NCBI GenBank assembly: GCA_963740355.1
Contig: CAVUDW010000003.1
Span: 1,216,001-1,280,000 of the forward strand
Origin: an uncultured Gemmatimonadaceae bacterium
GTDB lineage: Bacteria; Gemmatimonadota; Gemmatimonadetes; Gemmatimonadales; Gemmatimonadaceae
Direction: 5' to 3'
Length of the DNA: 64,000 nt
The position numbers were made by a program, and so were the translations under genes. A model generated the notes under the pieces. That model was not told where the DNA came from, made no database searches, and worked only from the letters and a program-made list of their open reading frames with translations. This document shows, one piece after another, positions 57,085 to 64,000 of this stretch (position 1 is its first letter; every line of letters begins with the position of its first letter).

Positions 57085-58409
57085 TTCTTCGCGCCCTTGT
57101 CGTCGGCGCCAAAGCCTTCACCGCTCGCGTTGCGCAGCGACGGCGGGAAGCCGTTGATGCGACGCCAGATTTCGAAGCCGACGCGCACGTTGTCGAGCAT
57201 CGCCCAGCCCAGCACGCCGGAGCCCAGTCGCAGCTGACGCGGCCACTTCTCCTGCGTGGTATCGGGGGTCACGAGCACGCGGAAGTTCCCCGTCGCCCCG
57301 GGCACGCGGTCGATCACCGCCACTGTCCCGCCAAAGGTGCCGACGCTGACGCTCGGCCAGCCGGAGAACTGCAGCGCCGGCCAGCCGTCGAACTGCAGTC
57401 GCACCTTGCGTCCCACGCTGAGCAGCGGCACATCCATCGGCTTGACCATCAGCGCCACCGCCTGCTGCGCATCGGCCGGCATGATCGTGACGACCGTTTC
57501 GCCTTCCTTTAGCTGTTCGCCGATACCGGCGCGCGCAGCGCGAACCACGGTGCCATTCTGCGGCGCCCGGATGATGTAGAAGCCGTTGCGAATCTCGAGG
57601 TTCTGCACGTTCTGCCGCAGCTTGGCGACATCGGCGGAGCCTTCGCCGACTTCTGCCATCGTCGCCGCCTGGTCAGAACGCGCCTTCGCGATCTTCTCGC
57701 CGTAATCGATGGCCACGGCACTGAGCTCGATCTGCGCGGCTTGCAGTGTCTGGCGCTTCTCCTGCAACTTCGCGATCGCGTTCTGGTACTTGACCCGCGC
57801 ATTCTCCAGGTCGGTGAGCCGCGTCAGCTCCTGGTCGAAGAGCGTCTGCTGCCGCTGCAGCTGCACCAGCGCCGTGGAGGAATCGATCAGGGCGGCCCGC
57901 ACTTCAGCGTCATACTGCGCCACCTTGGTGCGCGCCTTCTGTTCGCTGAGCGTACGATTCTGCTCCATCAGCGAGATCTGGGTCGCCAGCTGTCGCACCT
58001 TGTCACGCTTGGACGACACGGCGGCTGACTTGCCCGACAGCTGCTCGTTGTAGCGATCGATCGTGCGCGGATCGAGGTAGTCATCCTTCACTTCTGCGAT
58101 GCGCAGCAACGGCTGGCCCGCGGTCACCACCTGTCCTTCCTGGACGTACCACTCCACGATCCGTCCGCCGATGGTGGACGGCACCACCTGCGGCCGATCA
58201 CTAGGCGAGAACGCGGTCACCTCTCCCTTCCCCTCGACGAACTGCTGCCAGGGCAGGAACATCGCGAGAATGGCCACCGCGATCGTGCCGAGCACGATGC
58301 GGAAGAAGAGCCGATGCGACTGTGGAGTGACCAGCAGGCGCGCCGATTCGAGGTACTCGTGCTCCGAGAGCACGTCGGTCTCTGACTGCTTGGGAGTGGC
58401 CATGATCAC
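57081..58409 (-). CDS. HlyD family membrane-fusion protein
   Basis: FLPWQQ, GGRIVEWYVQEGQ, IRAPQNG, VRLQFDGWPALQFSGWP. Confidence 0.92.
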   Translation of the reverse strand: MIMATPKQSETDVLSEHEYLESARLLVTPQSHRLFFRIVLGTIAVAILAMFLPWQQFVEGKGEVTAFSPSDRPQVVPSTIGGRIVEWYVQEGQVVTAGQPLLRIAEVKDDYLDPRTIDRYNEQLSGKSAAVSSKRDKVRQLATQISLMEQNRTLSEQKARTKVAQYDAEVRAALIDSSTALVQLQRQQTLFDQELTRLTDLENARVKYQNAIAKLQEKRQTLQAAQIELSAVAIDYGEKIAKARSDQAATMAEVGEGSADVAKLRQNVQNLEIRNGFYIIRAPQNGTVVRAARAGIGEQLKEGETVVTIMPADAQQAVALMVKPMDVPLLSVGRKVRLQFDGWPALQFSGWPSVSVGTFGGTVAVIDRVPGATGNFRVLVTPDTTQEKWPRQLRLGSGVLGWAMLDNVRVGFEIWRRINGFPPSLRNASGEGFGADDKGAKK

Positions 58410-60607
58410 TTCACCGGAACAGAGAGACCGTGCACCGCGGCGCGGCCGAGTTTCGGCGCGAGTTCCGCATACGTCCCCTGCTCCTTGATGCGGCCGCCCT
58501 CCATCACGATGATCAGGTCACAGGCCGCGAGGAACTCCGGGTCGTGCGAGACGGCGATCACTGTGTGTGGCGTGGCACGATCGAGCAGCAGGCGAATCAG
58601 CCGCGTGCGATAATCGTCGTCCAGATTCTGGAAGAAGTCGTCCAGCAACAGCAAGCGAGGGCGACCGACGATACCCTGCGCCACCAGCAGCTTGCTCGCG
58701 ACCGCCGCCGAGAGGTTGGAGCCGCCGTTGGTGATGGTGGTCTGGATGCCGTTCGGCATCGACTGCACCACATCGTCCACATCCACGTCACGCAGCGCCT
58801 TCAGCACCGCCGCGCGATCCACGAATCGGCGACCGACGCTGATGTTGTCCTCGATGGTGCCATCGAACAGGTCGGTGGTCGACAGCACCTGGCCGATCTG
58901 CTCACGCAACGCCGCGCGGTTCATGCTGCGCAGGGTCACGCCGTCGTATGAGAGCGTCCCTTCGAAGCCATCGTGAATCGCGCCCAGCACCCGCAGCAGT
59001 GTCGTCTGGCCGCTGCCGTCCACGCCGGTGATTGCGATGCGCTCGCCGGGCCGGATGTCGAGGTCGATGTTGGCCAGCGTCGGCGACGATTGGTCTGGGT
59101 AGGTAAACGTCAGCCCGCGTGCGAGGATGGCGAGACCGGTCTGTGATTCGGGGAGCTGCAGGCCGTGAATTTCCTCCACCGGCAGGTCCATCACATGCCC
59201 AACCTTGTCCACCGAGGTCAGCACGTCGTAGATGGTGGCCAGTGACCGGATCAGCTTCTCGACGCCGGCTAGCACCGTCACGATCACCAGCTCGGCCGCC
59301 ACGAACTGGCCCAGCGTCAATGACCGGTCCACCACCAGCGTGGTGCCAAGAATGAGCAACGCGCCAGTGAGCAACGTCTTGAAGACGATCATGCTCATCG
59401 ACTGCGTGACGAGCACCTTGAAGTGCTTGCGGCGGTACTTGAGATAGTTCGCCACGTGCCCGTCCATGATCTCGAGCGGCAGCGTGGAGCGGGTCGAGAA
59501 CTTGAAGGCCGCGATCGAGCGAGCCATGGCTTGCAGCCACTCGAGCACGTTGTACTTGAACTTCGACTCCATGATGCTCGTCTCGAGACCGCGCGGAAAC
59601 GTGAGCGCGAAGATCGCGTACACGCCGCCGATGAGCACGAGGGCGAAGACGATGAAGCTTGGGTTGTAGAAAGAGAGCAGCGCGACGCCGAAGAGCACCT
59701 GCAACGTGGCCGTCGGCACGTCGAGCAGCAGCTTCGCCATCGCCTTCTGGATCAACACCGCCTCGAAGAAGCGGTTCATCTGCAGCGGCAGGTTAGACGA
59801 CTGCGCCGCCTCGAAGCGAACGCGCGGCACGAGGTACGCAAACTCGAATGCGAGGCGCGCAAAGATGCGCTGCTGAATCGTTTCCACCACCGATTCCTGC
59901 AGCAGCTGGATGATGCCGGTGGCGAGCGTCCCGACGATGGCGAAGATGATCAGCAGCACGACGGGCTGCAGCACGAGGCCACCCTGCACCAGCTGCGTAA
60001 TGCCCTGCACGGCCAGCGGCACGGTGAGGCCAAACAGGCCTACCAGCACCGCGTAAAGATAGATCAACTCGATGTCGCGCCGTTCCGAGTGCAACAGCTG
60101 GCGCAGCCGTGCCCAGGGGGTCAGGTGTTCGTGCGGCTCGACGTGAATCAGCCCATCACCGCGATCGCTGAGCACTGGCGTCAGTCGCACCGGCACCAAC
60201 GCGTAAACCACGCGCGAGGCGAGGCGCGTCCAGACCGCCTCGATCGAGTCGGTGTACTCCGGTGCCAGCCCACGCTGCGAGACTGGTGCAATCGTGAGCG
60301 TCTTGCCGCCCTTGGCCTTCACCACCACCAACGCCTCGAGCTCTGTGCCGCTGCGTTCTGGCAGGAGGACGATCGGTACCGCACCGTCGCACAGCAGCCG
60401 CTCGAACTCTTCGCGGCCAAGGGTGCGACGGAGGTAGCTCAGTTCCCCTTGTTTCCCAACCGCTTCGATGTCGTTCGCGAGCGCGGCCACATCACCGATG
60501 CTGGGTGCGGCGCCGATGAAGCCGGGGTCCCAGCGCCGCGGTTCGATCTCCAGACCGAAGGTGCGGGCGACGAGTTCGTTGACTGTTCTGCTAAGGACGA
60601 ACGCCAT
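58406..60607 (-). CDS. T1SS-type ABC transporter (N-terminal extension, TMD, degenerate NBD)
   Basis: LTVPLAVQ, NRFFE..IQK, GQFVAAE; Walker A GVDGSGQTT, Walker B LLLLDD, H-loop VSHD. Confidence 0.88.
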   Translation of the reverse strand: MAFVLSRTVNELVARTFGLEIEPRRWDPGFIGAAPSIGDVAALANDIEAVGKQGELSYLRRTLGREEFERLLCDGAVPIVLLPERSGTELEALVVVKAKGGKTLTIAPVSQRGLAPEYTDSIEAVWTRLASRVVYALVPVRLTPVLSDRGDGLIHVEPHEHLTPWARLRQLLHSERRDIELIYLYAVLVGLFGLTVPLAVQGITQLVQGGLVLQPVVLLIIFAIVGTLATGIIQLLQESVVETIQQRIFARLAFEFAYLVPRVRFEAAQSSNLPLQMNRFFEAVLIQKAMAKLLLDVPTATLQVLFGVALLSFYNPSFIVFALVLIGGVYAIFALTFPRGLETSIMESKFKYNVLEWLQAMARSIAAFKFSTRSTLPLEIMDGHVANYLKYRRKHFKVLVTQSMSMIVFKTLLTGALLILGTTLVVDRSLTLGQFVAAELVIVTVLAGVEKLIRSLATIYDVLTSVDKVGHVMDLPVEEIHGLQLPESQTGLAILARGLTFTYPDQSSPTLANIDLDIRPGERIAITGVDGSGQTTLLRVLGAIHDGFEGTLSYDGVTLRSMNRAALREQIGQVLSTTDLFDGTIEDNISVGRRFVDRAAVLKALRDVDVDDVVQSMPNGIQTTITNGGSNLSAAVASKLLVAQGIVGRPRLLLLDDFFQNLDDDYRTRLIRLLLDRATPHTVIAVSHDPEFLAACDLIIVMEGGRIKEQGTYAELAPKLGRAAVHGLSVPVK

Positions 60608-60768
60608 GGGCGATTGGATCGTGAGCGAATGGCTGAATCCCCAACAATTTCAGCAGTTCTGGTGCAGAGTTCAATGATATCAGGGAATCAATCGCATGAT
60701 GTTACCGATGCTGCCTATTCACGGTTCCCTCAGCATCGCGCCTCGCACCGCATCGCGCCAATCGCGGC

Positions 60769-61200
60769 TCAGCGACGATCGCGCACCTTGTCGATCGCGC
60801 GCCGTTCCTTCTTGCTCGGCTTCCCTTCCTGAAAGGCAAAGGTCATGGCGGCACTTTTGTACTGGGCCGCGACCAGCGCACGCGCGGCGATGCTGCCCGG
60901 CGTCTCCTCGAACAGGGCGGCTGCAACAGCGGCGGAGCCGCGCCGACCACTGACATCGCGCACGATCAGGATGTGCTGATACGGCCCGATACGCACGGTG
61001 ACCTCGTCGCCGGCCTGCACCAGCTTCGCACGCTTCGGTCGCTCGTCATTGACCGAGACCTTGCCGCCATCGATGGCCTCGACCGCCAACGCCCGCGTCT
61101 TGAAGAACCGGGCAGCCCATAGCCACTTGTCGAGGCGCACCTTGCCTGGCGGCGTGGATTCGTCGTCACCGGCGTCCGATGCTGCACCACCGCGCGCCAT
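60769..61200 (-). CDS. hslR: Ribosome-associated heat shock protein Hsp15 (S4 domain)
   Basis: VRLDKWLWAARFFKTRALA...GGKV, GKPSKKERR; GGAG SD. Confidence 0.93.
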   Translation of the reverse strand: MARGGAASDAGDDESTPPGKVRLDKWLWAARFFKTRALAVEAIDGGKVSVNDERPKRAKLVQAGDEVTVRIGPYQHILIVRDVSGRRGSAAVAAALFEETPGSIAARALVAAQYKSAAMTFAFQEGKPSKKERRAIDKVRDRR

Positions 61201-61285
61201 CAGCGACTCCGGCTGAAAATCGCTGGCATCGAAACCGGCGCAGTAGCGAACGAGTCGACGGCGAGAAGTTGAAGGCGCATCTGGA

Positions 61286-62107
61286 TCAGCGGGCAGGCAG
61301 TGGTGGAACGCGACGGCGAAGCAATGGGCGGGCGGGCGGCATCGGGCGGCCGAGTGCCCGGGCTGCGTCGGTGGCGTAGGCAACGTCGCCAGGCGGGTCG
61401 CCCTTTGGCCAGTCACGCGCTTTGCCTGGATGATCCTGGCGCGGCTGCCGCAACACGAACGCTGCAATGTCGGCCGCCGCCTGTGGAGCCAGCGTTCCTG
61501 GTTGATCGTACGGCATGTTCCATCGCAGGAACGTCGCCAGCACGTTCTGCCGCGCGAGGCCCGCCCCGATCGAATAGCTGCGCACACCGTACACGGCCGG
61601 CGCGATACTGCCAGCGCCGCTCGCACCGTGGCAGCGCGCGCAGGTCGCGGTGTAGGCGCGAGCACCTCGCACCGTGTCACCCGCCAGTCGCACCGTATCC
61701 GGACGAACGGGCAACGCATCGACCCGCAAGGAATCGAGATACGCGACGATATCGCGCATGTCCTTGCCGGACTCGCGAAGCATACGACCCGCAAGACTCC
61801 GGGCCACACACTCGTTCACGCGCTGCTCGATAGTCTCGATGCTGCCTTTGCGGGCGCGGTATTTCGGGAACCGCGCAGTCACACCGATCCACGGCATCGC
61901 ACTGCCACGACGACCATCGTCGAGATGGCAGCTGGTACAGCGCAATGCATTGCCGCCAGACCGCGGCAGGCTGTCGTTGAAATGCTGTAGCAACGCCAGC
62001 CCTCGCTGCGCGCTTGGCGGCGCGACGACTGCCGACGGCTTCTGCACCACGGGGCGCAGGAGCGCGGCAACGATTGCCAGCGGAACGAACGGAAGCCAGG
62101 GCTGCAC
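61286..62107 (-). CDS. Diheme c-type cytochrome, TsdA (thiosulfate dehydrogenase)-like
   Basis: CTSCH and CARCH; RFPKYRAR, RVNECVARSLAG (TsdA-type active-site Cys), SIGAG, NMP. Confidence 0.8.
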   Translation of the reverse strand: MQPWLPFVPLAIVAALLRPVVQKPSAVVAPPSAQRGLALLQHFNDSLPRSGGNALRCTSCHLDDGRRGSAMPWIGVTARFPKYRARKGSIETIEQRVNECVARSLAGRMLRESGKDMRDIVAYLDSLRVDALPVRPDTVRLAGDTVRGARAYTATCARCHGASGAGSIAPAVYGVRSYSIGAGLARQNVLATFLRWNMPYDQPGTLAPQAAADIAAFVLRQPRQDHPGKARDWPKGDPPGDVAYATDAARALGRPMPPARPLLRRRVPPLPAR

Positions 62108-62152
62108 ACCCCAAGATAAACCCGCGTCTCCGCCCTCTCCATTCGTGCGACG

Positions 62153-62788
62153 CTATCGCGTCGTCGCCATCCACCCGCGGACGATCTCGACATCAGCGGC
62201 AGTCAGGCCATGGCCAGTCGGCTGCCAGTCAACCGTGACCGACGCACCGGCACTCGTGAACATGCCGGCCAGCTGATCGGCGTTCGACCGCGGGATGAGC
62301 GGATCGAACTCCCCCTCCACCATCAGCACCTGCTTGCCCGCCAGTGCCGGCAGCGTCGCCGGGACCAGCGGAACCATGGCGCGAATCAACGCTCCACCGG
62401 CAAGCACATCCGGATGCAGGAGCAACAGCGCCGCACCGATGTTGGCGCCGTTCGAAAAGCCCAGCGCCACCACCTTGCTTGCGTCGAACCCGTACGCGGC
62501 CGCGGCCTCCGCTACGAACGCCGCGAGATCCCCAGCACGCCGCACAAGATCGGCCTCATCGAACACCCCCTCGGCCAGCCGACGGAAGAACCGCGGCATG
62601 CCCGACTCCAGCACCTGTCCACGCACACCGAGCAAGCGCGCGCCCGGCGCCACACGCGCGCCGACATCGAGCAGGTCGCGCTCGTTGCCGCCAGTGCCAT
62701 GCAGCAGCAGGATGGTGCGCTGGTCGGTCGAATCCGCGGCCGGCGGCACGTGCACATGCGTGAAGCTGAGTGAAGACGACGTGCTCAT
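62153..62788 (-). CDS. Alpha/beta hydrolase (MhqD-like carboxylesterase)
   Basis: LLLHGTGGNE, RFFRRLAEGVFD, GFSNGANI, GHGL. Confidence 0.9.
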   Translation of the reverse strand: MSTSSSLSFTHVHVPPAADSTDQRTILLLHGTGGNERDLLDVGARVAPGARLLGVRGQVLESGMPRFFRRLAEGVFDEADLVRRAGDLAAFVAEAAAAYGFDASKVVALGFSNGANIGAALLLLHPDVLAGGALIRAMVPLVPATLPALAGKQVLMVEGEFDPLIPRSNADQLAGMFTSAGASVTVDWQPTGHGLTAADVEIVRGWMATTR

Positions 62789-63747
62789 GACGCGACCGCG
62801 GTTCGAGGAAGGTGCAAGGGGACGAGTCGTGCTGTGAGCACATCTCGCAGGTGTTCATGCTGCGACGGCAACATCAGGTGCGTGCCCAGTTCGGTCTCGC
62901 TTTCATCCACACCGAAGCCCGGTGCATCCGTCGCCAGCTCGAACAAGACATGCCCCGGCTCGCGAAAATACATCGAGCGGAAATACGTGCGGTCGATCTG
63001 TTCGGTGATCGGCAGGCCCGACGCGGTCACCTGCGTGCGCAAACCGAACTCCGTCTCGTCATCAGCGGCGCGGAAGGCGATGTGGTGTACGGTGCCAGCG
63101 CCGAGCATTCCACCAGGGCCGGTCGGCAATTCACGCACATCAACCAGCGTCCCCGGCGCGCCATCCTCGACGGCAAAACGGGTCACCTCGTTGCCTCGAC
63201 CGACTTCACGGAAGCCGAGTGAGCCGGTCAGCACAGCCGCCGTTTCCGTCAGGCGATGTACCCAGAGCGTGACTGCATGCATGCCGCGAATACTCATCGC
63301 TTCAGGCACACCATCGGCACCACCCCACCCTGGCTGCGCTGCGGCCGCATCGGTCGCGACCAGTGCCAACGGCAAGCCGTCGTGGTCGGTGAAGGTTAGC
63401 GCCGTCTCGCCGTCGAAGCGACGGGTCGGCCCCTGAAACGCGATCTGGTGTTCGGTGAGGCGCTGAATCCAGAATGCCAGCGCTGACGTCGGAATCGCCA
63501 GCTGCGTTTCCGCGACCTGACCAGCACCAATGCGACCCCGGCGTGCGTTCGGCCACGGGAAGAACGTGAGGATGCTGCCGGGGCGCCCAGTGGCATCGCC
63601 GTAATACAGGTGGTACGTGCCGGGATCGTCGAAATTCACGGTCTGCTTGACGAAACGCAGCCCCAGCGTGCCGGCGTAGAAATCGAGATTGCGCTGCGGA
63701 TCACTCGCGATTGCGGTGAGGTGGTGCAGTCCAGTCGTGCGGTACAT
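62785..63747 (-). CDS. Ring-cleaving dioxygenase, glyoxalase family (MhqO-like)
   Basis: GLHHLTAI, TVNFDDPGTYHLYYGD, LTFFPW, VHHIAFR, DRTYFRSMYFREPG..FELATD; GGAGG SD. Confidence 0.93.
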   Translation of the reverse strand: MYRTTGLHHLTAIASDPQRNLDFYAGTLGLRFVKQTVNFDDPGTYHLYYGDATGRPGSILTFFPWPNARRGRIGAGQVAETQLAIPTSALAFWIQRLTEHQIAFQGPTRRFDGETALTFTDHDGLPLALVATDAAAAQPGWGGADGVPEAMSIRGMHAVTLWVHRLTETAAVLTGSLGFREVGRGNEVTRFAVEDGAPGTLVDVRELPTGPGGMLGAGTVHHIAFRAADDETEFGLRTQVTASGLPITEQIDRTYFRSMYFREPGHVLFELATDAPGFGVDESETELGTHLMLPSQHEHLRDVLTARLVPLHLPRTAVAS

Positions 63748-63866
63748 ACGAACTTCCTCCTGGTGGAGTGTCGAGGTCGACAGTCCACGCGGCGCGATGA
63801 ACACGCGCCATGTTGCCGCAACCGGGTGGCGAACACCTGCCGCCACCCGTTGCAGCGACGTTCACA

Positions 63867-64000
63867 TCACACGAAGCGAGCGATGCGCTCGACGGCGTGA
63901 CGGTGATGCGGGAAACCTTCCTCGGCGCCGGTGCCGATGGCGACGATCGCCGGCAAGCGCGAGTCAGCCGGCAGGCCAAGCAATTCCTTCACCTTGTCCG
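63867..64000 (-). CDS. Nitroreductase family protein (C-terminal fragment)
   Basis: Manual translation [43 protein letters not shown]; fits an mhqN-mhqO-mhqD-like neighbourhood. Confidence 0.65.
   Translation of the reverse strand, partial: DKVKELLGLPADSRLPAIVAIGTGAEEGFPHHRHAVERIARFV

Noticed and set aside
63812..63860. GTTGC-N-GCAAC palindromes as MarR/MhqR operators
   Set aside because: They are equally explained as the arms of one larger intergenic hairpin (gcaaccgggtggcg...cgccacccgttgc), and no regulator gene is in view.
1..64000. CRISPR arrays, tRNA/rRNA genes, transposases, dif site
   Set aside because: None was recognised by eye; dedicated scans (tRNAscan-SE, Infernal, CRISPR finders) were not run.

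Overview
High-GC bacterial chromosomal segment. Gene content and order (gcvT, bcp-argF, hslUV-xerC-trmFO-topA-smg-aroK-aroC, pilMNOPQ, pilRS) suggest a Gemmatimonadota-like organism; this is inference and was not searched. In order, the window holds: (1) a ~14 kb general-stress/NHEJ block between gcvT and bcp (PAS kinases, receiver proteins, DUF892 ferritin-like protein, Ku, LigD, general stress protein, GGDEF-kinase fusion, DUF883); (2) a minus-strand housekeeping run interrupted twice by plus-strand paralogous sensor kinases; (3) a large type IVa pilus locus (pilS, pilR, six tandem pilin paralogues, a membrane pseudokinase, three minor-pilin-like genes, pilMNOPQ and an 810-aa lipoprotein); (4) CNNM/CBS protein, methyltransferase, arfB, a beta-barrel protein, a T1SS-like ABC/HlyD/TolC module, hslR, a TsdA-like cytochrome and a nitroreductase-dioxygenase-esterase operon. 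The most striking structure is the pilin array. The four inner, near-identical pilin genes each have their own sigma54 promoter, paired IHF-like site and tandem activator-like boxes at almost identical spacing, plus their own 3' hairpin. Two more divergent pilins with no visible promoter flank them. No tRNA, rRNA, CRISPR array, transposase or reverse transcriptase was recognised.
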